Of a stretch of 64,000 nucleotides of DNA, positions 44,943 through 56,849 are shown piece after piece. The DNA comes from Phallusia mammillata (taxonomy: Eukaryota). The notes beneath the pieces are model-generated. The model had not been told where the DNA came from and did no database searches. It was given only the letters and a program-made list of their open reading frames with translations. A program made the position numbers and the translations under genes. The first letter of the stretch is position 1. Every line of letters starts with the position of its first letter. The DNA is taken from NCBI GenBank assembly GCA_965637545.1, contig OZ281501.1, positions 4,526,001-4,590,000 of the forward strand. Direction: 5' to 3'.

Positions 44943-47687
44943 ATGCCTTTGCAACACAGCAAGAAGAGAAAATCTCATCATTCTGATGATTCAAATGCCA
45001 AACGTACAAAACACAGGTATCTCAAATAACAATCCTTTCCCCTTGTTCATTACAGCATTGTTAACAAACATCCGAACATTATTCAACCAGTACCATCTAA
45101 AACTGCGATCCCACTAAGCCCACTTAGCCAATGCCTAACCCGCTAAGCCCATATGTGCTACTTATTTTTTTTACTTTTTCAATTTTCTACTTTTTTGAAA
45201 AATGGATACAAGTAGGGCTATGGAATTTGAGTGAGGGTTTGTAATTAAACACTATAATTTAATCTCCTATAGGCGACCTCGGCTTGGCGCAGACTTTGCA
45301 CCCTAGTAAAAATGTTACATTTCTACTTTAACTTAATGATAATGTGAGAATAGGTGTTTGTAGTAATATCTGTTATTTTTTTGGTAAATTTTAGTAACAC
45401 AAGGCTACAGAAAGGTATTGATGAACTGTGGTCAGCTTCTTCAAAACAAAGAAGTTCTACTCCGAAACAAAGCGAACCATTTTCTGTCAAAAAATGTATA
45501 AAATGGTTTAAAGAGTTTGCAGGTATATATGTAACATTTTCTTTTTCCGGGATTTCTCCTTTTTTGGTGCCTTTTATTATACAATATTGTTTTAGGAAAC
45601 AAGGAACAGATAGAACCAGATGGAGTAGAAAAGTTATGTGAAACATGTGAAGTTGAACCACATGATATTGTAATGTTGGTACTTGCTTACCACCTTAATG
45701 CACAAACTATGGGCTTCTTTACTCTCAAAGAATGGACTAAAGGAATGCACAAGCTCCAGTGAGTAATGAACACACTTCCACTATCAATTTCATTTATATG
45801 TTACATACAATTATAACATAGTTGGGTTCAGAAAAAAAAAATGTTTTCACTAATTTTTTGTTTTGGACCACAGGTATATTATGTATTGATTTGGGTTAGT
45901 TCAGCTATTTCTTAACCAAGGATAGAAGCATCATAAACAGATATGTATCACAACAGCCACACGGGTGTGCCAGAAAAAGAACTCTCATTTTGATGTAGTG
46001 CAAAAATGAAGCTCTGGCCAGTAACAAATAAAAATAGAATTAAAATATTTTTTGTGTGTAATTTTTGAATCCAACAGACGGTTCATTATGCTTTATTATA
46101 TGTTAGTACCCATATAAACAGGTTTGGAAAACTGGACATCCAATATTTTGTGAGCAAAACTGCTGGAAAAATGACTTAAAATCATGTCTGACTTCAAAAC
46201 TGCAATCAGCTGTTTTGGATTGCATGCTTGTAGGTTTTATAATGTGTTTTTAATTTAAAGGTGCGATTCCACTGTGAAGCTTCAAGGAAAACTGCCTTCC
46301 CTGCGATCATCTTTAGATGAACCTTCATTGTTCAAATCAGTGTACAGATATGCATTTGACTTTTTGAAGGTAGGTTGTTTTCACAAAACTCTTAACGCGT
46401 GACAAGTGATGTATCGAATCAATTACTATTTGATTAAGCAGCCATCATCTACATGGATACACAGTTGAAAATTTTAATCCATGTTAACTGTGGTCATGTA
46501 ATACATACATGGAGTTTGTATGCATAAACGTTGAATACATATCACTCTCAATAGGTGTCTGTATTTACCACTTGACTGCTGTAGCCAACTTGTATAATGC
46601 AGGCTATGTTATGTTGCCAACTTTATAGATACCACTTGACCACCATAGCCAACCTGTAAAAATATTGTGTGGCCACTGTGGCTAATCTATCCTCACCTCA
46701 ACCAAAATGATTGTTGGATTTTTCAAAGAAATACCTATTTAATAAGGTGTAAGTTGATTTACAGGTTCCCCACAGTGGTCTAGTGGCATTTACAACCACG
46801 CTTTTCAAATGCTTATCATCCAATTACTTAAAAGTGAAATATGTTTTAAATCTAAATCATAAATGTAGTAAGCATTATAAAACCTGACATAGCAATTATT
46901 GGTAATACCAATATTAAACCCATTACAATCGTAAAGGTTTCCATATTGTCACAGCTCAAACAAATTACAGTGCCTACTTTCGGTGTTGTTTTCCCCTTTA
47001 CACAAAACTGGAAAACTATTTTCAAACTTTTGTTGACAGGAACCTGGCCAAAGGACTGTAGATTTGGGCACTGCGAAAGCTATGTTGGATGTTCTACTTT
47101 CTGATAGATGGTCACTACTAGACAAGTTTCAAAATTACTTAGATGTATGTTGTAATGTTGGTTGTAACTAGGCATTGTAGTAGTAATTATGGGTCCTTTT
47201 TGACACTTTCTGCTTCGTTTATTCTGGCTATACGACCGAAGGGGTTACACTTTTTAGTGCTATTTTTCTTTAAACTATAACATTGCAGACAGAACTGGTT
47301 TCTAGTGGGTTACACTTTTTAATCGACCTTTCTCTTTACACTATAACATTGGCAACAGAACTTGGTTGATATTATTGCAAGCAAAATTATGTCCATGTTT
47401 CTGTTGACAAGAAGAATTACCAAAAAAGCGTTTTTAACTTGTACTCTTGCTTCTCTAAAGGGCTGCAAAAACAAAGTCATAAACAGAGACCAATGGAACA
47501 ACGTCCTGGAATTTAGTAGAATGATTCAGCCTGATTTATCAAACTATGATATGGATGGGGCATGTGAGTCAATAAAAGCAATAACTCACTGAAAAAAAGT
47601 TCTTTAAATTACGATCTTTTGTTTTCAGGGCCAGTGCTCCTTGATGAATTTGTTGAGTACATCAAGATGCACAACGAGATGTTGTAA
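44943..47687 (+). CDS. DCUN1D5: DCN1-like protein (DCUN1D4/5 clade, neddylation co-E3), 7 exons, 246 aa
   Basis: Exons 44943-45016, 45395-45522, 45596-45758, 46261-46369, 47040-47144, 47461-47563, 47629-47687 (741 nt, phases consistent). Motifs [90 protein letters not shown] near 47770. Confidence 0.93.
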
Positions 47688-48233
47688 TAGTTTATTTCCT
47701 TACACTGTTACGTTTTTATGTGTGCCTTTTTCTTTCTAATATTGGCCGTTATATCGCCAGTGTTTTATTTAATAAATCGTCCAGCAGCGTGTACGTGTTT
47801 GTTGTAACTTTCAGGCATATCTGATCGGTTTTGCAAGTGATAATGAGTTTATTTTTCTCGTGAAAGAATATTATAGGCGGTACGGTTTGAAGTGTGTATT
47901 TACGGTCTTAGGCGTACGTAAAACTTACGGCAACAAATAAGTTGTACAAAATAAGTTTAATATGCAAGAAACCTAGTTTTAAACCGTTTTTTTTGGCAGC
48001 GCAAAAATGTAGCTTTGTGGGTCGATCCGTTGCCTGGAAGTGGCAGTGTTTGAGCCGTGTCTTGTCCTTTGAAAGATATATACGAGTTTTCTAACGTGGG
48101 GTCCATGAACTGCTCCGAAGCGTCCGTAGCCTACTCTGAGTTCTAGTTAAGATTTTTTTGCATGTTTGCTACAATTAGCATGTGTATATTTCCCGTTCCT
48201 GATTTTGATCATTATGATGCCTTTTTTTCTGGG

Positions 48234-48405
48234 TGAGCTTGGACTTGCGCCCGGTCCGAGAACTTCTGGTAGGTGGCGCAGCAGAGCATGGGCGTTATGT
48301 TGCTGACTCTTCATAAACCCAAATTGCTGTAACAGCACCATAAACGCCTATGCTCTGTTGCGCCACCTACCAGAAGTTCTCAGACCAGGCGCAAGCCCAA
48401 GCTCA
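48234..48405. mobile_element. GC-rich 172-bp foldback element
   Basis: Arms of about 70 bp: TGAGCTTGGACTTGCGCC..GGTAGGTGGCGC..GTTGCTG / CAGCACC..GCGCCACCTACC..GGCGCAAGCCCAAGCTCA. Confidence 0.85.
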
Positions 48406-48608
48406 GTGTTAGTAGCTCTACCTTTTTCTGTACATGGATAACCGCTTTTGTCGGGTAAATATGATTTTTTGAGGAGTCCCTGACCTGACCAAATGCAGGT
48501 GAAGAAACACTGCCCGGTGTTGCAAGGTCAAGATGACCAATTTATTTTCAGCCTATTGTGTTTCGGTATAGCAAAAATGTTTTAGCTGATTGGGCTTAGC
48601 CTTAAAAC

Positions 48609-49099
48609 TATGGGGCGCCGTTGTCGAAAAAATTAAGTTGCCGCAACTTAATTTTTTCGACAACGGCGCCTTAAGGCCGTTTTGAAAACAAACAAAAAAC
48701 TTGCAAGATAGCTAACTTGCGGCAACTTAGCGTTGCAAGTTAGCTAACTTGCCGCAAGTTAAGTTATCTTGCGGCAACTTAGCTAACTTGCAACGCTAAG
48801 TTGCGGCAAGATAGCTATCTTGCGACGCGAAGTTGCCGCAACTTAGCTAACTTGCAACGCTAAGTTGCGGCAACTTAGCTAACTTGCGACGCTAAGTTGC
48901 GGCAAGATAGCTATCTTGCCACGCGAAGTTGCCGCAACTTAGCTAACTTGCAACGCTAAGTTGCGGCAACTTAGCTAACTTGCGACGCTAAGTTGCGGCA
49001 ACTTAGCTAACTTGCGACGCTAAGTTGCGGCAACTTAGCTAACTTGCGACGCTAAGTTGCGGCAACTTAGCGTCGCAAGTTACCCGGTGCATTGTGGTT
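48609..49099. repeat. Left terminal inverted repeat with 32-bp tandem subterminal array
   Basis: About 11-12 imperfect units of CAACTTAGCTAACTTGC(G/A)ACGCTAAGTTGCGG, preceded by a perfect 57-bp palindrome at 48614-48670. Confidence 0.9.
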
Positions 49100-49121
49100 G
49101 TACATTCATTTTCGGCAACAC

Positions 49122-50474
49122 ATGTACATGTGGTCATACGATGGACTGTTTAATGGAATTTCGATACCCACACATTTTTGGCTTGTACGAAGACTTAAAA
49201 GAACAGCTGAAATGGTAGGCATTTGTTTGTAGTTTTTTAACTATTTTAATTTATTAGCTTTTTAAACTATTTACTTTTTATGCATATAGGGACGCCATCG
49301 TAAGAATGTTGATGTGGAACACCTAAGAGAATTTTTAACTCTGAGAATAAAACCCAGTGTGATTTGTCGCTTGCTTGACATTTCAAGACCAACACTGAAA
49401 AAAGTGATAAGTGAATCTAATCTGTCCATACCTACTTACAGGTATTGTTTTTTAAAACATAAGTAAGGTTACCCTTATGTGAAGGACTACTTATATCTAT
49501 TTTTTTCCAGCTCAATTTCGGATCAAGAACTTGACACTACACTAAGAAATTTAAAAGAAAAACATCCCTCATCTGGTGAAGTGATGGTAAATGGACATCT
49601 TAAAGCACAGGGCATTTTCATTCAAAGAAAAAGGCTTCGGCAAAGTTTGCACAGAGTTGATGAAGAGGGAATAAGAGCGCGGCAACTGACTACAATTGCT
49701 AGAAGGAAATATTCTGTTCCCTGTCCGAATTACATTTGGCATATAGATGGTACCCACAAGTTGATTCGATGGAAGTTTGTGATTCATGCTGCAATTGATG
49801 GGTACAGCAGGTTAATTACATACTGTCACTGCGCTGACAATAATAGGTCAGGGACTGTATTGAATTTGTTTGAAGATGCTGTGGCAAAATTTGGCCTGCC
49901 ACTAAAAGTAAGAAGTGATTATGGTGGTGAAAATGTTCAAGTCTGGAGGTATATGTATGAAAGAAGACTTAACAGTAAATGTGTGATTGCAGGAAGTTCA
50001 GTGCATAACCAACGAATTGAAAGACTTAACAGAGACATCAATTCACAAGTTGTAAATCGATTTCACAATGAATTTACATACCTTGAGGATTCAAACTTTT
50101 TGGATGTTACAAGTTTGATAGAGCTTTTTTGTGTTCATTTTGTATATAAAGATGTCATAAATAAAAGGCTGGCAGAGTTTGTAGAAGGTGCCAACCATCA
50201 TTTACTCTCCACTGAGAACTATTATTCCCCTTTACAACTTTTTCACATGAACCGTCACCTATTGCAGCTTCAAGCCTTAAACCCATGTGATGAGATTGAA
50301 GTTGATGACATAACATATCCCAGTACTAACAATGTTGATGTGGATACTGATTGGTTACAGTTGCCAGAAGATGTGAAACAAAGCCTGAGTGAAGCAATAA
50401 CCCAAGAAAGTGACAACATTGATAAATATAAATGTGCTGTTCGATTTGTCAACAACTATCTTGCAGAACAATAA
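49122..50474 (+). CDS. DDE transposase/integrase-core protein with N-terminal HTH, 3 exons, intact
   Basis: Exons 49122 (or ATG 49212)-49214, 49290-49441, 49511-50474. HTH-like [28 protein letters not shown], then [10 protein letters not shown], YPxxG-like HPSSGEVMV. Catalytic triad: WHIDGTHKL (D; IDGYSR follows), VRSDYGGEN (D), [11 protein letters not shown] (E). No stops or frameshifts seen. Confidence 0.92.
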
Positions 50475-51034
50475 ATGCTGCTTTTTCTTTTCTGCTCATT
50501 TTTGTCACATGTGCTGATTTTTAATGCTTTTATTATGGCAATGTGAAAAGAAATAAATCGGATAATACTTTCAGCTTGGAACTGATACTGCAGCAGGTGG
50601 AATATGAGTGTGGCAAGCAATATGACAATAGGGACAGTGGCACATGAGGTGACAGTGTGTGGCATTGCAAGCAGAACAGTGAAGAGGTATATTATACATT
50701 TGTTTAAGGATACACAAATACTAATGCCATGATTTTTTACAGTGACTTTTAACAGCAATAAACTAAAAACCTGGTTATTCAAAAGGACATGAAATTCACA
50801 ATGAAATATTGACACAACATCCAATTAAAATAAGTTGTGTAAATATGTTTTGTAGTGGATAAAAAAGGACAATCACTTACATGTAGCTAAAATAATCACA
50901 ATCAAGAGGTAAAGCAACTTCATATAAAAATAAATGTAGCAGAATTTTAAAATTGCTTGGTCATGTACATTTTCATTGACACATATGAGATACAATATAC
51001 GGTTCAGTACAATGGTATATTTTTTTTTCATGCT

Positions 51035-53814
51035 TTAAACTCGGCCAAACCCGGGTGAATTGCATATGCCAAATTCCATTTTACTTTTAAAAGCTTCATA
51101 ATCATCATGCTGCAATGGAATGCTTAAAATATTGGAACATGTATTTGCAAGGGGAAAATGAGACAATTCAGTAAATTGAAGAGTAGGTGGTGGTGAAAAT
51201 CCTAATGGGGGTATTTCATCTGCCCCAGTGGCAAAAATTAAGATACCTTGAAGCGAGCATTCAGAATCTTTTTCTGTAATGAAAAATATTTTAAGATAAT
51301 ACACACAACAATCAATATAACAAAATATTAGTCAAAGTACCTCCCACTTCATCTACAAAGTGTCTCCACCAGCTTAGCACCAGGTTTTCCCTATGTCTTT
51401 TGTTGCTTCCAGATTCAGATAATTTTGGGGAAAACATTGCTATAATTTTATTTCCTGAAAGCGGATCACTGCAGTCATTTGCAATAAAAAGCATTTTAAA
51501 TGCATTTGGTGTATTTTTCATTTGCTCCAAGAGGCCAGTTTGGTTTAGGCCTAAACTAAACCTAAAAATAAACAAACCTTATTGAACTTGCAAATGACAA
51601 TTTTGATTGTAACAAACCTGTGAAGTGGTTCTGACTTGCCTTCTGTGTAAAACTTCATTGCAGTCTTTATAATTTCATTTTTACCCGTTAAATTTGTGCA
51701 ATGTGTGTGGCAACCAGCTAATTTCAAAAAGTTAAATGAATCCATCAAGCAATCATTCAGTTCATCAAGGGATATTGCATCATGTATCTGCATAAGTAAA
51801 ACAAGTTAACTATGTAACAAATACACACATATATACAAACAGGAAATGATGAAAATTGCTTTACCTTCTGAAGCTGAGAAATATATTCACAACCAATATC
51901 AGTCATATCCGTTAGAGCCTCCATATAGTCCCTCGGGAGATTTAGAATTTGACTGTACAAAAGCTTAGAAAAACATTTTGGACCTGGGCCACCATGCAGT
52001 AGTGTGAGAGATATGAGAGTTCCGTAGATGTAATACAAATCTTTAGCAACAGCTAGATAAAAGAATACACATGAAAATGCTATGTTGTAAAAAATGTTTA
52101 AGTATTTAAAGTATTACCTATCGGATTGTGAGTAAGAAATCTTTTATTTTCTTTTCCTTCGAAAATTATACTGTTCGTGATTGCATGCATTACCAGGCGC
52201 AAAAATTCTCTAGTTGGACCTCCAGCATCCACTGCTCCTTCAAATTGGCCATTTTCATCACTGAACTCAACACTAATACTGGCCATTGGTTTAAAAAATT
52301 TGCGTTTGACAGTTCGCACAGCCCCATCTAATATGTTTGACCTAATAACATGAAACTTGTTGACAGCTGATTCATCAATTTGTTCTTGCAAAGTTTGTAG
52401 GCACTGTTCTGCGGTGACATTGTTTTCGGATTTCCTGCAATGTAAATATTCGTTGGTGGCAGTGTACATTATTGACAAAAATTAAAGGAAATATAAATAC
52501 ATATGTAACTGACTCTGATATGGATGGTTCTCCAAGCAAAGATTCTTGAATGGCCTGCTGGATGTCCCCATCACTGTCATCACTCGAACAATTAAATTCT
52601 TCATTGCAACTCGCAATGAGATTGACATACTCACTACAGAAAAAAGATTTAACTTGCAAATTTGTTATGTATTTCTGTATTTTTTCTACTTGTAAACTGA
52701 AGATTCTGCAGTGGTTTCAGAACATTCATTTGATGTATCTTCTAAAACATTGCCTTTTGAACTGTTGGAAGTATCATTGCATTCCTAAAGAATGAAGTTT
52801 AATATATTAGGTTAATGTACAAAAGAATAAATGGCAATTGTAAAACTAACATACCATGTCACAACGGTTAATTGCAATTTCCACAGTTTTGATTGCAAGA
52901 TGATCCTTTGTGCAGATATATATTTTTTTAGTATTTAATGCAAGCACTGCTCTGGCATTCCACATAAAGTTATCATCCACTGCTGCTTTTGTCAGTAAAT
53001 TAAGGCCTGGTTTGTGCACCAAGAAGTCAAAAGCAGAAAAATGTGAAAAGCATTCTCCAAAAGCGTTGATGATTGCTGTTTTCATTTCAGTCATGTTCCA
53101 TGCATTGTTAATTTGCAAAACATGGTGCAAACCCATTGTTTTTAATTTGTTTTGGCATCTTGGTATAGCCATAAACCATTCACCATTCATTATTTGTATT
53201 GTTTGGGAAAACTCTTGAAGTGGTATGCACACCACAGTCCTTGAACCGTACCGTTGTTTTTGTTTATTTTTAAGAGATAGTTTACGACCTCCTTTGATTG
53301 CAGTTGGTGTGTATCTTTTTCCTGTGTATGAATTAAATGGACGGAAAACTTTCTTTCGCTCCTATTGAAACAGGCAAAAACCATGTATAATATTTTTTAC
53401 ATGTATCCAAATACAAATGTAAACATGCAAGCTTACAGGTTGAAATTCATCATCACTATCGGTTAGAGTGGAATGACTTGGTTCATTTTTGTCATTATCA
53501 AAAGTTGGATTCTGCCAATACATCACAAATATCATATAAAGCAAAGGCATTTTGGCGCAGGAACCCCAGGTATAAACAGATACAAACATGCTTAGCAATC
53601 TATAGCATGTGATTTTACATACATTATTTGTCTGCCTTGTCCCCTGGTGATGCACCTGTCCACTCCTGGAAGTTGATTGTCCAGTAAGAGTTCTACAAGT
53701 ATTAGCACTAACGCGTCCGGTTTGTTGCCTTGATAGTGTAGTAACAACTGAAGTCAACTGATTTACAACTTCTTGCAAGTCTAATTGCACGTATTTATCG
53801 TTGGATTCCATCAT
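51035..53814 (-). CDS. HECT-domain E3 ubiquitin ligase (G2E3-like HECT) with UIM-like motif, 10 exons, 707 aa, inside the transposon
   Basis: Exons (minus): 53814-53623, 53511-53437, 53361-52855, 52784-52690, 52633-52514, 52434-52118, 52052-51865, 51787-51618, 51561-51341, 51273-51035 = 2124 nt, all GT-AG, phases consistent. HECT motifs EGAVDAGGPTREF, LLHGGPGP, ILIFATGADEIPPLGF, and catalytic Cys in FPLANTCSNILSIP. UIM-like DGDIQQAIQESLLGE. Confidence 0.9.
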
Positions 53815-53955
53815 ACAATCCAAACCGCTATTATTATGTATTTATAGCAGAATACATACGCACTCAAGTGCAATGAAACGATATGAATGAGCAAAAGGAT
53901 TAAACATCATATTTCGCGGGTATTACAACCACGTTGCTGGAACCAGTTTCAGTTT

Positions 53956-54349
53956 CCCACAATGCACCGGGTAACTTGCGACGCAAGAAAGCTATCTTGC
54001 CGCAACTTAGCGTCGCAAGTTAGCTAAGTTGCGGCAACTTAGCGTCGCAAGTTAGCTATCTTGCCGCAACTTAGCGTTGCAAGTTAGCTAAGTTGCGGCA
54101 ACTTAGCGTTGCAAGTTAGCTAAGTTGCGGCAACTTAGCGTCGCAAGTTAGCTAAGTTGCGGCAACTTAGCGTCGCAAGTTAGCTATCTTGCCGCAACTT
54201 AGCGTTGCAAGTTAGCTATCTTGCCGCAACTTAGCGTTGCAAGTTAGCTAACTTGCTGCAAGTTAGCTATGTTTCGTTGCAGGTTAGCTATCTTGCTGCA
54301 ACTTAGCTATCTTGCGGCAACTTAATTTATTCGACAACGGCGCCCCATA
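53956..54349. repeat. Right terminal inverted repeat with the same 32-bp array in reverse orientation
   Basis: Reverse complement of the left array (CCGCAACTTAGCGTCGCAAGTTAGCTAAGTTG units), about 11 units. Confidence 0.9.
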
Positions 54350-54360
54350 TATACAAAGGT

Positions 54361-54402
54361 CAAGGCCGGGGGTGCGCGGCACCCCCGTACTCTACGCCAG
54401 TG
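54361..54402. mobile_element. Orphan 3' end of a Harbinger-type MITE abutting the IS3EU-like element
   Basis: GGGGGTGCGCGGCACCCCC hairpin then CTACGCCAGTG (CAGTGGCGTAG-type TIR). No matching left end was found left of the transposon. Confidence 0.45.
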
Positions 54403-54569
54403 ATTCAAATACGTGTCTAAATTATATTTCAGGAAAGACACAATAGCTAATTTAAAATATTTTTACAAACAATATCGAATGGCTAAAGAGCAATCATTCA
54501 AATATTCCATAAGGAGGTTCAAAAATCTTTTAGTAAAGACACAACACCTACTTAAAAATATTTTTACAG

Positions 54570-56849
54570 AAAGACAGAATGGCCAAAGATTGTGGAATGG
54601 ATTTGGAAAAATACAACGTTGCATTTGTGTCTGTATGGCCAGGACCAGTACGGACGGAATTAATAAACGCGGAATTAGCTTTGAAAACAAGCTCTGTTGA
54701 GTATTTTGCACACTTGTTAAATTGTATTTTTGTGCCACTGTTTTTCATTTTTAAATGTCTAACAGCTCACTTGGTTATTTGAACATGGAGAAACAACTGA
54801 ATTTACTGGAAAATGCATTGCAAGTTTGCTTCTTGGTAAGTCACTACATTTGTTTGGGGCTATTACTTTGTCTGTTAGGACTATATCATTCATGATATGA
54901 CATGGTCAGAAGCGAAATGTGTGTTAGCTTGACTGTTTTCAGCAGAGCATGCAATGACTGATAGGTATCAGATTTCCTAAGTTGAGCATGCATAAACATT
55001 CAATTTTGCGTCTGGTGCCGTAAGTCCCTGTTGTTTGCTTACTGACTTTGATGTTGCTAGTTTTTTGATAATTTGTTTCATTTTTATCCTTGTTGAAGAC
55101 CACTGATTGAATGTTTTATTCTCGCAATGAGTATGATGCAAAGTTGCTTTATTCTTTAAAAGAATTTTGGTCCAGTAGTGTAGGTTTATTGTATGACCAT
55201 CCAATAAAACACAAGTTGTCCAACCCATTGTTACGTGATAGAGCCCCATGAGTGACATATTGTGTCCAAAATAATACAGTGGGTACAGGGAAAGATATAT
55301 AACTTTCCCGATTTCTGCAAACTGGTGAGCTTTAACAAGAATTAGATTAGCCAAATTAAGCAAAGCTTATTGGTTCTAGAATTTGAGTGTAATAATGCAC
55401 ACTGAATACTAATATTTAATGTCTACTTGAAAATTAAGTGGGCATATTTACATGAAAATAGTTTCAGTTTCGGCATTCCTTCAAACATTTTTCTCCCTAT
55501 CAGAAAAAAATGTTGAAGACCACTGTTCTAAACCAGTAAAACTTAAAGGGTTAAATTTAATTAAATTCATTTTTTAAGTTGCAAAAATTTAATAAAAAAT
55601 GATTAATTCAACTGACTTCAACAAAAACATACAGTTTAATAGTCAACTTTTTGTGAGTTTAATGAGTTCAGACATTACCCATCCACTTCCAATAAAAACA
55701 AAACAAACAATCAAATCATCTGTTTGCAGTGGAGTAATAGTGTATGTTGGATTTCCTCATACTCTTTTATTTTGAGATTGGACACAACAGAAATACGAAA
55801 TATACCTGTGTATTTGTTTGTGCTGTGTTGTAACTTTTGTACATTCAATTTGCAGTGGATTTTATTTTACATGTTTCAGACCCTAAAATCATGAAAAAGT
55901 CTGGACAAGTTTTGCTTTCAAGTGACATTGCAGAGGAGTTTGGTTTAAAGGATGTAGACGGTAACATGGATTTTATTTGTTTTTGTAAACTATTTCAGTA
56001 CCACTGACTATTTCTTGCTTAATTTAAAAACCACAATCTAGCAAGTCATCTTGAGTTTTAAGTTTTAATTCTCCTATAAAGGAGTGTTAACAAAGTGTTA
56101 CTCAGGAGGATATTTTCTGGGGTATCTATGTCTGTCTGTCATACATTTGTTTTAAACCAAGTTTTACATTTATTTTGTTGCACCCAAAGAATTTGCAATA
56201 ACATTACAGTTGACATACTTGTCTACCAACAAACTCAAATTATGTAAAAGTAAATGGTAAATTAATGCGGATGATGACCGAAAAAAGTAAGCTATTTCAA
56301 CCAACTTAAAAAAAAATTCTGACAAATGTTGTACTGAATTTGTCTTTTTAAAAGTTACTGCTCTATCATCAAACAAGTCAAAAATAAACTATTGCACTAT
56401 GCTTGTGGCTGATATGATTTGTTATCTTTTTGTGTCAAATAAACTTATAAAAGAGTACTGTGGCACAAACAAATTGACATTCTTTACCTCAAATGTTAAT
56501 GCTTAACTAGTCAAGTCAACGATGAATAAAACTTTAATTGCATTGTCACTTTATCAAGCTTTTCAGTGGTAAACGGTTTCATAAAAGATCAACCGCACTG
56601 AAAAAACATGTTGTTATCGAAGCATGTTTACTTTTAGTTTTTATACAACAGATGACAAAACTTTTTTTATTTTACTCAGAGAAACACCCAGTAAGCATAA
56701 GAAGTGTCAAAGGAATGTTAGGTGGATCTGGAGCTCTATGGATTGCAGACTATATTCCCAGCTTCATAAAGTTGCCAAAATGGTTGTTTTTCATTCTTGG
56801 GTCTCTTGCCAAAACTCCTGTGAAAAAAGATGCCAGCAAATATGCCTAA
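54570..56849 (+). pseudogene. DHRS1: DHRS1-like short-chain dehydrogenase, 3' half only (5' exons absent in the window)
   Basis: Exons 54570-54695 (KDRMAKDCGMDL..VSVWPGPVRTE), 54766-54835 (FEHGETTEFTGKCI), 55880-55960 (DPKIMKKSGQVLLSSDIAEEFGLKDVD), 56680-56849 (WIADYIPSFIKLPKW..*). These match the DHRS1 C-terminal half. No Rossmann or YxxxK exons were found between DCUN1D5 and this point. Confidence 0.8.

Larger units (their letters stand above)
48609..54349 (+). mobile_element. Autonomous-looking DNA transposon, IS3EU-like (eukaryotic IS3-related DDE), carrying transposase plus HECT E3 ligase
   Basis: Ends TATGGGGCGCCGTTGTCGAAAAAATTAAGTTGCCGCAA / TTGCGGCAACTTAATTTATTCGACAACGGCGCCCCATA (1 mismatch). 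Inner TIR boundary CAAGTTACCCGGTGCATTGTGG / CCACAATGCACCGGGTAACTTG. Two convergent spliced genes inside. TAY..RTA termini and a two-gene layout fit IS3EU as I recall it from Repbase-based reviews. No TSD (left flank TAAAAC, right flank TATACA). Confidence 0.9.

Noticed and set aside
48700-49080. 32-bp palindromic array as CRISPR
   Set aside because: No spacers; it is the subterminal part of the transposon TIR and is mirrored at the other end.
44943-53814. DCUN1D5 and the HECT ligase as a ubiquitin/NEDD8 gene cluster
   Set aside because: The HECT gene is inside a mobile element, so adjacency is best explained by chance insertion; DCN1 proteins act on cullins, not HECTs.
54453-54589. Degenerate ~100-bp-offset repeat of the DHRS1 acceptor region as an extra exon
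   Set aside because: The upstream copy lacks the AG acceptor (TTTTTACAAAC) and does not encode a matching peptide; likely a decayed local duplication.
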